Below, piece by piece: positions 14,554 to 27,280 of a stretch of 64,000 nucleotides of DNA; the first letter of the stretch is position 1, and each line of letters opens with the position of its first letter. Under the pieces are notes generated by a model. It did no database searches. It was not told where the DNA came from and saw only the letters and a list, made by a program, of their open reading frames with translations. The translations under genes were made by a program, and so were the position numbers. This stretch comes from the human T2T-CHM13v2.0 reference genome, Homo sapiens. The stretch lies in NCBI RefSeq assembly GCF_009914755.1, contig NC_060931.1, one strand, 5' to 3'.

Positions 14554-15031
14554 TGTGAGAGGGCTGAGATTTCACTCTGCTTACAAACCAACAAGCTTGC
14601 TAACTCCTGCAACAGCTCCACGGATGCTGGCAGAAGACATGGCTTCTGGGTCTGGGATGAAGGACAGCTTATTGCTCGTAGCAATAGTGGACAGAATATC
14701 AACATTTTCATGGATTCCCTGAGCCCTAATTCAGAGGGTCTGCATACAGCAGGGTGGATTTCAGGAGAGAGGTCTCAAGCTTAGGAAACCACAATCCTTT
14801 AAAAAGGACTGCAACCAAAGCTGCCCAACATACACCCCAGAGGGACATTATCTTTGTTCTAGTGGACAGCAAATACACCTTCATTCTGCACAGGCAGACG
14901 CCACCATTTCTACCTTCCAAAGTGGTTCACTATAAAAAGTTTTTTAGAAAATGTCCAGAACAAAAGATGATTAGTGTCTCTGCTCACAAGGGCAGAAAAG
15001 CAACAGACTCATGGAGAAGTCTCTCCCAACA
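14554..15031 (-). mobile_element. Old ERV solo LTR (MER21/MER68/MER77-like group; family uncertain)
   Basis: TG..CA termini; TGTGAGAGGGCTGAGATTTCACTCTGCTTACAAACCAACAAG..GGATGCTGGCAGAAGACATG resembles the reverse 3' end of this LTR group. Confidence 0.6.
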
Positions 15032-16862
15032 TGCATATGTTCTGTGTATGCAGGAGGGAGGAATTCATGGGTGTAAAGTTAAAATAGGGCATTCTATAAA
15101 GCCTACCCAATAAAATAATGTAATCTTACATTTGTATGGAGAAGAGAAAGTCTTCGTTGTTTTTGTCTGCTTGTTTTTGTAAGATGAACTATAAAACATA
15201 AAGCTCAAAAAATGCATGGTTGAGATGTGTATGTAATTGAAGTATTTTCAACTGAGGGTCATGTTAGTGTTTTAATATTGGCATATTTTAGAAGAGTGAA
15301 GATGGATTTAAAAGGTAGAGAAACACTGGCTTAATCACCGATTATCCACAGGGATGTTTACATTCAGTGGAGGCTAAAGCCTAATTCTAACATGATTTCA
15401 GTCATCGGCCAGGATGTGGGGCAGTGTTTTGAGGGTCAGAGAGAGGCCTTTTCACAGAAATTACTCCAAAAGAATGGAGGCCTACTCTATATCTAAAACA
15501 TTGTCTGAATAATGAACACAATAATTAATTTGCTTACATTCCTTTTAGGAAATACTGAACAATTTCTTTGAATTCCTTCAGGGATCTTCGATATTTATTA
15601 TACACATTTCAGTAAAGAATGTTAAAATAAGTATCCCTGTCCCAAACACCCAGTCTGTTTCTGGTATTTTGAAGGCGTGAATGTCTCATTAACCGAGACA
15701 ATGGGAATGATGCTAAGAAAAGCTCTTTTTTATTTAACTCTCATGCTCAGTTTATTTTTATTCTCATAGTTATTATATTCTTTAGAAATATTATATCCTG
15801 GTTTCTGCAGTTACACTACTTAAGCAATGTCAGTAACACAGTCTTCTGCATAGCTCCTTGTTAGAAAAAAGCTTCCCTAATGCACAGACATAGGAGAGGG
15901 AGAATCAAACAGTAACACCTCTTGACATCCTCACCAGCACTGTCACTGGGAACTAATTGGAAGATAAACTCGGAGAAGCTTATTAACCCTCCTAATGTGG
16001 ATAGGAATTGGATAGGGGCAGGGTGATAGAAATCAGTGCAGGGCAAAATGTGGGTGTCCCTTTCACTTTCACAGTTCAGTAAGATATAAATACTGTGTCA
16101 TTTTTGTTTTCTTGTTTGCTTTTTATTTTTAGAGATAGAGGGAGAAATAATCTAGCATTGTACATTAAAGTAATACATTAGAAAAGGAGGAAAACTAATA
16201 CAATATTTTTCCTGTAGCAAAACCCCAGAAATGCAAAAAGACAAGCAAAAAGCAAGGACTTGAGCTTACACAATAGAACGAATGTCCTTTACATAAAATG
16301 TTAGCATATCTGTACCAATAAACTAATTTCTAACCATAAATATTTGCATTACGAGAATAAAGATGAAAATAAACCAATACTTTATTAAATGGGGGTAAGA
16401 AAATTCTCAAGATAGAATGAAAGAAAAAATAGTAAAGATAAAAGTAGGAATTAATGAAAAAGAATAAAAATTAATTCTCATAAAAGACAGTTGCCAAAAT
16501 AATAAAATAGTCTAACATCCAAAATCGGGCTAGCCTGATTTAAAAAAAAAAAAAGAAATCTAAATGCTCCAAAATAGTGATGGAACTACAACATGCAATC
16601 TGAAACAGTAGAGAAAATGAAGACACAATTTAAAGCATGAGAAAATGAAAATAAATGGTAAAAAGTATCATGCACAATGAGATTATGCATGATTCTTTTA
16701 CAAATCTGAAAATGTGTGAAACAAGTTATTCTGAAGGGAATATAGGTTGCCAAAATAAAATAAAAAAACATTTATAGATGAAGAAAGGTACAGTATCAAA
16801 CTGTCCATTAACCATTGATCAAAAATTAATGTCCTCTAAGAGATATTAGGAGAGGCCCCAAG

Positions 16863-17175
16863 AATGATAGACTGGAGTAGGAAAATGTGGCACATATACA
16901 CCATGGAATACAGCCATAAAAAAACGGATGAGTTCACATCCTTTGCAGGGACATGGATGAAGCTGGAAACCATCATTCTAAGCAAACTGTCCCAAGGACA
17001 GAAAACCAAACACCGCATGTTCTCACTCATAGGTGGGAGTTGAACAATGAGAACACATGGACACAGGGCAGGGAACATAACACACCAGGGCCTGTAGGGG
17101 GGTAGGGGGCTGGGGTAGTGATAGCATTAGGAGAAATACCTAAAGTATAATTAAAAAAAAATATATATATATATA
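16863..17175 (+). mobile_element. L1PA (PA5-7-like) 3' end with internal deletion
   Basis: GATAGACTGG..AAAATGTGGCACATATACACCATGG..GGAGAAATACCTAA joined directly to AGTATAAT, then poly-A/(AT)n. Confidence 0.92.
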
Positions 17176-17548
17176 GTCAATCTTTCAAGGAATAGATCAA
17201 TATTGTTATGGACACATTTCCAGACTGTAGAGAAATATGAACAACTCTTATGTTCAAATATTCCATAAGTCTGATTCTTACACATGATAAAATCTGTCTA
17301 CCACAGGAAAAAAAAAAGCTTCAAGCCAAACTCATTTTTGATTATAGATGCTAAGATTGAAATAAAGAAAAAGTAAGTTACATTGAGCTGTATAGACATA
17401 TAAAATAGCACTTTAATACATTAATAGGTAAACTTAGTTTGCAAAATTATTTACATTGACACAAAAAGTTATTTGATAAATTCAATACTCATTTCTGATT
17501 AAAATTTTTTGTAACTGAGGGGGGAACACTTATTTCATTTAATTTAAT

Positions 17549-17832
17549 ATTTTAATTTATTTTGGGATGGAGTCTCACTCTGTTGCCCTGGCTGGAGTGC
17601 AATGGTGTGATCTTGGCTCACTGCAAACTCGGCCTCCCAGGTTCAAGCAATTCTCCCCAGTAGCTGGGATTACAGGTACCCACCACCATGCCCAGCTAAT
17701 TTTCGTATTTTTAGTAGAGATAGTGTTTCATCATGTTGGCCAGGCTGGTCTCGAACTCCTGACCTCAGGTGATCCGCCCGCCTCGGCCTTCCAAAGTGCT
17801 GGGATTACAGGCATGAGCCACCACGCCCAGGC
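17549..17832 (-). mobile_element. AluS with short internal deletion
   Basis: Dimer; ATTCTCCCCAGTAGC lacks about 13 bp (TGCCTCAGCCTCC) relative to consensus. Confidence 0.94.
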
Positions 17833-18967
17833 TCTTAATTTTAATTTTAATTGTCTAATGACAGAAACCATGAGAATAGTCCAGAAATACTTCTTAGAAT
17901 AACACTTTAATACACATAGATTCTTGATATAATTTAAAACTATATTATTAAAGTAAATACCTTCCAATGTTTGCTTTTGCATTAATATTACCATGGGTAT
18001 CAAGATAGTACTATTGAAACAAAAACAGAAAAAAATATAAAACAGAATTCAAATTTGCAAATGATATGGAAGCTGAACTATGTATACCTGACACTGATAG
18101 TTGCAATGCTGTATCAAGAGTTTCCCTGATAAGCTCTACTACTAATTGTACCAGCTAGAATAAAAAGCAACAATAGATTATAATAGCAAAATGTAAGAAA
18201 TTAGATCTGATAATTAACGTAGTAGGGAGGGGATGTGAAGATATGTTGTTTAGAATAACTTAGTTTTTCTGAAGGACGTAAGATAGCTTAGAAAATTAAA
18301 AAGAAAGGTTGTGTCATAAGAGTGTGTAATGTAAAGCTCTTAACTTTCCACAAAGTAATTATTATGTTTAATTATATTATAATAAAAATTTCAAAAAGAC
18401 TTTTTGAAGACAAATTGATTCTATAGTTAATCTAGAAGAATAATAGGATGATATAGATTATTCTGAAAGAAAATAAGAGAGCAGCTTATGCCAATATATA
18501 TGAAAAAATATATGCATATAGAATAAATGTAATAGTAAGGAATTGAAACAAAAATAGAATAGCATCAATCAATAAAATAGAGTCCAAAAGTATGTATAAA
18601 AATGTTGCATTTAAATTGAAGATGAAATTAATTATTTAATACATAATCCTGGAAGATGTGTTTCACAATGAAGGGGAAGGTAAATTTAGATTATTTGCTC
18701 AATTTTCCAAAGTACTTAGCAAATAGATTAAATGTGTGTCTATAAATAAACTGGAAAATAAACTTATCTTAATAAGCATTTGTTGGGTCTCAAGATGAGG
18801 AACACCATGCTATATGAAACAGTGAAATCCATAGTAAACTCCATGAAAGGAGCAATTAAACACAAAATCAATTTTTAAAAAAATATTTAAAAACCACAAA
18901 TCAGTGTTTCTCAATTTGGGTTTCTAGGTACCTAGTGTTGATGATTTATATTTATGATTTTATAGGT

Positions 18968-19100
18968 AATGTAATGTATCAATATTGCTTCATTAATTTT
19001 AACAAATGTACCACGCTAATGTAATGAATAAATATTAGGGGAAACTGGGTGCAGAGTATATGTAAATCTAAAACTCTCTTAAAATAACTCATTTTAAAAA
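18968..19100 (+). mobile_element. L1MC-type 3' end fragment
   Basis: AATGTATCAATATTG..AACAAATGTACCACGCTAATG..AGGGGAAACTGGGTG..GTAAATCTAAAACT. Confidence 0.7.
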
Positions 19101-19236
19101 ATGGAAAATGTTAATACTAAGCAATTCAGAAAATCTATTACAAGTAATAGAAATTGCTAAGGTAAGAAAATATCATTAATCTCTTCAGCATGAAACAAAT
19201 GTACCAATAAGTTGCCTTGTTTAACATATTAAAGTA

Positions 19237-19830
19237 ATAAATGGGTGGATTTATATCTGGGTGCTCTATTCTGTTCCATTGGTCTCTGTGTCTGTTTTTG
19301 TGCCAGTACCATGCTGTTTTAGTTACTATAGCTTTGTAGTACACTATGAAGTTCAATATGAATTCAGGTAATGTGATGCCTCCAGCTTTGCTATATATAT
19401 TTCAGGACCTTTTGTGGTACAAAAGTTTTTGGGTTACATGAATGAATTGGATAGTGATAGTCTGATATTTTAGTTCTCCCATCACCAGAGTAGTGTACAT
19501 CGTATTCAATATGTAGTTTTCTATCTCTCATTCCCCCCGCCACCCTCCCTCCTTCTAAGTCTCCAGTGTGCATTATACCACTCTATGTCTTTGAGTGCCC
19601 ATCAACTTTGTTCTTTTTGCTCAGGGTTGCTTTGGCTATTCTGGGTATTTTGTGGTTCCATATACACTTTAAGATTATTTTTTCTATTTCTGTGAAGAAT
19701 GTTATTGGTACTTTGAAACGGATTGCATTAGATCTGTAGATTGCTTTGAGTATGGATATTTTAACAATTTGATTCTTTCAATCTAAAAACATGGAATATC
19801 TTTACATTTTTGTGTCCTCTTCAATTTCTA
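19237..19830 (-). mobile_element. L1M ORF2 fragment (antisense), split by a younger L1 3' end
   Basis: ORF-track 19138-19356 [26 protein letters not shown] is L1 ORF2; sequence resumes in register at 19611 (TTCTTTTTGCTCAGGG). Confidence 0.88.
19391..19602 (-). mobile_element. L1PB4/L1MA-type 3' end inserted in older L1
   Basis: GGTTACATGAATGAATTG..CCCATCACCAGAGTAGTGTACAT; near-TSD CAGCTTTG (19383-19390) / CAACTTTG (19603-19610). Confidence 0.82.
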
Positions 19831-19831
19831 A

Positions 19832-20354
19832 TATAATATTATTCAACTATGAAAAAGAATAAAATCCTGTCATTTTTAACAAAGTGGATGGGAAGTGGTG
19901 AACATTATGTTAAGTAAAATAAGGCAGACAGAAAAAGATAAAGTAGCATGTTCTCACTCTTATGTGGGAGCTAAAAAAAATAAAATTTTAAAAAAAAAAA
20001 GGAACTCAGGGTGATAGTAAGATGATACTTACCAGCAGCTGGGAAGGGAAAGAGGAGAAGGTGATTAAGAAGAGTTGCTTAATGAGTCAAACATACAGTT
20101 AGAAGGAATAAAAACTAGTGTTTGGTAGCACAATAGGTTGACTATAGTCCACAATTAATTTATTGCATATTTCAAAGTACCTAAAAGAGTGGAACTGGAA
20201 AGTTCCTAAAACAAAGAAATAATAAATGCTTGACATGATGGATATCCCTATTACCCTGATTTAATCATTACACATTATATACTTACATCAAAATTTCACA
20301 TTTACCCCATAAATATGTACAACTATTATGTATCAGTAATTAAATATTTGAAAA
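19832..20354 (+). mobile_element. L1MA-type 3' end
   Basis: AAAAAGAATAAAATCCTGTCATTT..CATGTTCTCACTCTTATGTGGGAGCTAAAA..TACCCTGATTTAATCATTACAC..CCCCATAAATATGTACAACTATTATGTATC. Confidence 0.88.
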
Positions 20355-20555
20355 TGTTCAAGGAAGCATGCTTATAATTATCCTTTAAATCTGTATATGT
20401 AAACTCTTCATAATAAAGACTAATGTAGAAAAAAAAGAAACGTAAAAACTTCTTCTCAACTCATGCTTACAAGCTTCTTTGTTAAACACTTCCATTCACT
20501 GAAAGAAACAACACATAAAGCAACTTTAAAGAAGTATGCTTAGATTTACTTTTTA

Positions 20556-20882
<327 letters not shown>

Positions 20883-21124
20883 TTAGCAGAGGCTTTTAAA
20901 CACCTACATTACACAGTGGCATTAATGTAGGGAAGGTTACTTTTATATATTATAGTGTTAATAAAGTATCACACATTTTCTGAAAGCCTCTTTGGCAATA
21001 TATATCAGAAACCTTAAAAAGATTCCTATTTTTTGACTCACTCATTTTTGTAATCTACCTCATTAAAACAATCATAAAAACAAAACAGGACTTAACTTAG
21101 ATGGTTTTATTTATGACTATTTAT

Positions 21125-21545
21125 TTTGCTTCGGATTTTCTCAGAAGACCACAAACCCCTCTAGATATTTTAAATAGAATGAGATACAATACAGAGAATC
21201 AGAAGCTTACAAAATCATCAGAACTACTGGTGGAGCAAAGGTGACGGAAATTACTGCTCATTTCAGTAAATCAGAAACTGGGGAAGTTACAGAAAACTGT
21301 TACTGATCTCATATTTGCACCAAGGAAGTGAGTTAATACACCTGCCCACTGCAGTCCCTAGAGCAATAGTGACTTCCTTCACTCCACCTTCAAAATTCTG
21401 CTGAAATGCCTCTCGTTGGCAGAATTTAATGTGAAAAACTGTTGTCAGGAACTCTGGAAAACATAGTTCTCTGGCTCCCAGCCTTTTAATAAAGAGGAAA
21501 ATATAAATGTGTATGGGGAAGTGGTGGTAGTGGCACTGTACTGTT
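21125..21545 (-). mobile_element. Possible ancient MaLR-like LTR remnant
   Basis: GTTGGCAGAATTTAATG..GGAACTCTGGAAAACATAGTT resembles old MLT1-type internal blocks; it appears to interrupt L1ME-like sequence. Confidence 0.35.
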
Positions 21546-23344
21546 AACAAAAAATGCAAGAATGGAAAAAATAAGTCAGCAATTTAAATGCCAATACTCT
21601 TCAGTGGGGAATAGTTTACTACATTGGAGTATTCATTTGATGAGATTGTATGCAGTCATTAAATATCCTATTCTGCAATACATGATAAATCATGTATCAT
21701 TATGTTTTAATAAAATGAGAACATTTTTACTATTAATTGGATGAAAATGTAGTTCATAAAGCAGTAGAGTACAAACCTACTTTATTATATAATATAGCAT
21801 CATTCTATTCAAGTTCAACTTTATAGTAAAACTAAAGATTTTCTAAATCCAAAATTCAATTTTCTAGACATAGTTCTAAAATTCCATTTTTAAAAGTCTA
21901 TGGAAAGAAAATGAAGTTCTGTTAAGGTATATGTAGAATACCTGGAAAACAAAGTTCTATAAGTTTTTTTAGCTTAATGTAACATTAAGAGCCCATAATC
22001 TAAAATATTACATTGTCCAGTGATATTGTCATGTATTCTAGTTGTAGTTACTTTTAAAATAAATGCTAAGTTGGAAAAGAAAGCACATTTTTTATGGCTA
22101 GGTTTTGTAATAACCAGGTGACTATTCTAAAGATCTCATTCACTTATAAACCATAAAATTAAAAAATGTTTTCTCAATGGCCATAATAGTGGAGAAATAG
22201 GTTGCTTTTCTCCAGACATAGTGCTTTGAGTCTGTACTTCATGAAATATCATCTGTAATCATCTTTGTACTTACGAAATTATCAAGATGTAATTATCAAG
22301 ATGGACACTATGGGCTATTGTTGGATGAACACGCCTTGACAAACAGTCAATACTTTAAAACAAAACAAGCAGTACATGAACATATTCCTTTCCTTTGCAG
22401 AGAGTTTATACCCTATTTCTAATTGTTGTTTGAGAAGGTATTTTAATAGAATGGAGTTATTTACTCTAGAGGCACACTCTGGGGGGTCTGCATAGGAATG
22501 TGAGTCCCAGGTGTTTTCCAGGTCTCTCTCTCCTTACTAATATTACTCAGCCACTCTGTCTTCTATTAGTTCTGTTTTGCCTCAGGTTTCCTAAATTGTC
22601 AATATTTTGTTTTGATTTAATGTCTAGAAAGAATTCCAGGATATATTTTTATACTAACTTTTGTTCAAAATGCAATTATCTCTCTTTATCCTCACTTCAG
22701 CTTCCATAAGAGCATTTAAAGGTCAGGGAAGAGTTTTTAAGCAGATCAGTTTGGAGAAGCAGAAAATCTCTATGGAAAAGTGCAGGGTCTAGTAGGAAAG
22801 ACCATGTAGAAATCACTATATATTGTTTTATTTACTGTCCCCTATGACTATCTGAAAGACCTAGCTTAATGAAGATTGAATAAAAGCATTAAAAAGTAAT
22901 GAAGCCATATAAATTCTGGGCTTGGGTTTAAAAATTATAATTCTAACCATTTTATAATAGTTGTTAAGATACACTCACCTATGCACACATATATTCAGAA
23001 ATGTTTCTAATATATGCAAGTAGTACTGTGTGTATGATTATGAAGGGCATAATCAATGTAATTCAAAAAACAATAATGTAATTTGATTATAAGAATATTA
23101 GGATTTGAAAAATAATAGTCATATTCTTGCTAAATGAACAATTCAAATTAGTCACATTAAAGAAAATAATAAACTTTAATCTGTGAAACCCATTATTAAG
23201 AAACTTCATTTAATGGATTAATCTCATTGCAAATTGCATAGTGCTATACAAAAAATGATTACTAAATTGAAAAGTTTCCCCTTATGTACAAGTTAGATAT
23301 ATAATCTGTTTGTTTTTATGTATATTGTGTTTAAAATCCTCATA

Positions 23345-25696
23345 TTGCTCAGGATTACCTTGGTTATCCGGGGTCCTTTATGGTTCCCTATTAATTTTAG
23401 AATTGTTTTCTAATTCTGTGAAAAATGATATTGCTAGATTGATAAGAATAGCATTGAATTTGCAGATTGCTTTGGGCAATATGAGTATTTGGCCACTTAA
23501 ACAATATTAATTCTTCTAATTCATGAGCAAGGAATGTTTTTCTATTTGCTTGTGTCATCTGTGATTTCTGTCAGCAGTGTTTTGTCCTTCTCCTGGTAGA
23601 GATCTTTCACTTCCTTGGTTACATGTATTCCTAGGTATCTTGTGTGGGTGTGGATATTGTAAATGAGGCCATTTCCTTGATTTGGCTCTGAGCTTGAACA
23701 CTTTTGCTATATAGAAATGCTACTGATTTTTTAAATTGATTTTATACCCTGAAACTTTATCGAATTAGTTATCTGTTCTAGGAGACTTTAGGCAGAGTCC
23801 TCAAGGCTTTTATAGAATCAGATCATCAGTGAAGAGAGATCATTTGATTTCTTTTCTGATTTTCAATGCCTTTTATTTCATTCTCTTGCTTGATTGCTCT
23901 GGCTAGTACTTCCAGTACTATATTATATAGGAATGGTGAAAGTGGGCATCCTCTGCTTGTTTCAGTTCTCAAGAGGAATGCTTTCAACTTTTTCCCATGC
24001 AGTATGATGTTGGCTGTGGGTTGTCATAGATGGATCTTACTATTTTGAGGTATGTTCCTTTGATGCCTAGTATGTTGAGGGTTTCTATCATGAAGGGATG
24101 TTGAATTTTATTATAAACTTTTTCTGCATCTGTTGAGATGATCACACACTTTTTGCTTTTAATTCTGTTTATGTGGTGAATCACATTTATCGACTTGTGT
24201 ATGTTGAACCAGCCTTGCATTTCAGGAATAAAGCCTGCTTGATTGTGGTGCATTAACTTTTTGATGTGCTGCTGGAGTCACAAAATACTAATTTGCTAGT
24301 ATTTTCTTAAGGATTTTTGCATCTTTGTTCATCAGGGATACTGACTTGAAGTTTTCTTTTTCATTGTGTCTTTTCCAGGTTTGGGTATTAGGATGATGCT
24401 AGCTTTGTACAGTGAGTTAGGGTGGAACCCCTCCTCCTTGGTTTTTTGGAATCGTTTGAGGAGAATTGCTACCAGGTCTTTTTTTGGATGTCTGGTAGAA
24501 TTCAGCTGTTAATCCATCTGATTCAGGGCTTTTATTGGTTAGTAGGCTTTTTATTAATGATTCAGTTTCAGAATTTGATATTGGTTTGTTAAGGGTTTCA
24601 GTTCCTTCCTAATTCAATCTTGGGAGATTGTATGTTTTCAGGAATTTATCCATTTCCTTTAGACATTCTGTTTTGTGTGCATGGAGTGTTTACAACAGTC
24701 TGTGAGGATCTTTTGTGTTTCTGAGGGATTGGTTGTAATGTCACCTTTGTCATTTTTTAATATGCTTATTTAAATCTTCTCTCAGATTTTCATTTGTTAA
24801 TCTAGTTATTGGTCTATTGATCTTATTTATACTTTAATATAGCCAACTTAATTTCATTGATTCTTTGTAATGGTTTTTGGCTTCAATTTTGTTCAGTTCT
24901 CAGATTTTAGTTCTTTCTTTTCTTCTGCTGGCTTTAGGCTTAGTTTGCTCTTGTTTTTCTCCTTTCTCTAAGTGTGATGTTAGATCATTAATTTGAGATA
25001 TTTCTAATTTTTTGAGGTAAGTTTTAGCACTATAAAGTTTCCTCTTCACACTGCTCTTGCTGGATGTTGTATCTCTGTTTTCATTTATTTTTTAAAAATG
25101 TATTAATTTCTGCCTTAATTTTCCTGTTCATTCAAAAGTCATTCAGAAACAAGTCATTTAATTTCCATGTAATCATGTAGTTTTGAGGGATTTTCTTTGT
25201 ATTGATTTCTATTTATATTCCACTGTGATCTGAGAGAGTATGCTTCGTATGATTTAGATTTTTTTGTATTTATTGAGACTTGCTTTATGGCTGAACATGT
25301 GGTCAGTCTTGGAGTAGGTTTTTTTTTTTATTTATTGAGACTTGCTTTATGGCTGAACATGTGGTCAGTCTTGGAGTAGGTTTTATGTGCAGATGATAAT
25401 GTATTGTATAGTTGATAGGTGATGTATTCTGTATGTGTCTACTAGGTCCAATTAGTCAAATGTCAAATTTAAGTCTAGAATTTCTTAGTTTTATTCCCTG
25501 ATGATCTGTCTAATGCTGTCAGTGGGGTGTTTAAGTGCCTTATTATTATTGTGTGGCTGTCTAGTTCTTTTCATAGGTCTAGAAGTACTTGTTTTATGAA
25601 TCTGGGTACTCCAAGGTTGGGTTCATATATGTTTATGACAGTTACGTCTTCTCATTGAATTGAACTCTTTATCATTATGTAATGCTCTTCTTTGCC
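23345..25696 (-). mobile_element. Inverted 5' segment of a twin-primed L1 (L1PB/L1PA15-16-like ORF2)
   Basis: ORF-track 23984-24253 [30 protein letters not shown] is the L1 RT domain; antisense L1 ORF2 throughout. Confidence 0.93.
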
Positions 25697-27062
25697 ATAG
25701 CTCAACATCAAACTATACTATAAAGCTAAAGTAACCAAAACAGCATAGCACTGGCACAAAAACAGGCACATAGACCAATAGAAGAGAACAGATAACCCAG
25801 AAATAAAGCCACACACCTCCAATAATATGGTCTTTGACAAGTCACCAAAAAATTAGGAATGGAGAAACAACTCCCTATTCAACACACGGTGCTGGGATAG
25901 ACTAACCGTATGAGAAACTAGACCTCTGCCTTTCACCATATACAAAAGTTAACTAAAGATAGATTAAAGGTTTAAATGTAAGACCTCAAACTATAAGAAT
26001 CCTAGAAGAAGACCTAAGAAACAACATTCTGGACTCCAGCCTTGGGAAAAAAATTATAACTAAGTCCTCAAACACAATTGCAACAAAAACAAAAATTGAC
26101 AGGTGGGATCCAATTAAACTAAAGAAAATGTGTACAGCAAAAGAAACTGTTAACAAAGTAAACACAACCTACAGAATGGGAGACAATATTTGCAAACTAT
26201 GCATCCTAAAAACAACCCCATTAAAAAGTGGACAAAAGACATGAACAGATGCTGATCAAAATAAGATACACAAGCAGCTAACAAATGTGTGCAAAAATTC
26301 TCGACATCACTAATCATCAGAGAAATGCAAATCAAAACTGCAATGAGATATCATCTCACACAAGTCAGAATGGCTAATATTAAAAAGTCATAAAACAACA
26401 CATACTGGTGAGGCTGCAGAGAAAAGGGAATGCTTACATGCTGTTGGTAGGAATATAAATTAGCCCATCCACCATGGAAAGCAGTTTGGAGATTTCTCAA
26501 AGAACTTAGAATTGTTATCCAGCACAACAATCCCATTACTGGATATATATCCAAAAGAAAACATATCATTTTACCAAAAGATACATGCACTCATATGTTC
26601 AGCATAGCATTGTTCAAAATAGCAATGGCATGGAATCAACCTAGGTACCCATCAATGGTGCATTGGATAAAGTATGGTACATGTACACCATGTAATACTG
26701 TGCAGCCATTAAATAAATGAAGTCATGTACTTTGCTACAACATGGATGCAGCTGAAGGCCTCTATTCTAACTAGATTAACACAGAACAGAAAACCAAATA
26801 CCCTATGTTCACAATTATAAGTGAGAGCTAAACATTGGTACTCATTGACAAAAAGATGGCAACAGTAGACACTGGGGACAATCAGAGTGAAGAGGTAGGG
26901 ATGTGGAGAAGTGTTGAAAAGCTGCCTATTCAGTATTATGCCCACAACCCAGGTGATGGGATCAGTTGTATCCCAAACCTCAGCATCACAAATATACCCA
27001 TACAACACACTTGAACATGTTCCCCTGAATCTAAAATTAAAGTTGAAATTATTAAAAACAAA
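25697..27062 (+). mobile_element. Non-inverted 3' segment of the same L1
   Basis: CAAACTATACTATAAAGCTAAAGTAACCAAAACAGCAT.. through the 3'UTR ..CCCCTGAATCTAAAATTAAAGTTGAAATTATTAAAAACAAAA. Confidence 0.93.
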
Positions 27063-27280
27063 ATTGTATTCTTGCATTAAAAATGAGTACAACAAATTTA
27101 AATGGATTGTGTGTAGTTTAAATATTAACAGTTCTTAAATAGAAAAATGAAATGTGAACACTAAGAGTTAACTTACACTAAAATATATTCTCAAATTCCT
27201 GGTGTGTTTTTAAGTGAAGTTTCCCTAACATCAGGATGTTAAATTAATAATCTCTGAGACATTTAAATTTTGTTATCCAG

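Larger units (their letters stand above)
16150..18890 (+). mobile_element. Old L1M ORF2-region remnant (highly degraded, interrupted by L1PA and Alu)
   Basis: A-rich strand with L1 ORF2-like blocks (TTTGATAAATTCAATACTCATTTCTGATTAAAA; ATTTGCAAATGATATG; GACAAATTGATTCTATAGTT). Confidence 0.6.

Noticed and set aside
14245-14784. Longest ORF in the track (179 aa)
   Set aside because: It runs from unique low-complexity sequence into an antisense LTR and has no recognisable domain; consistent with a chance ORF.
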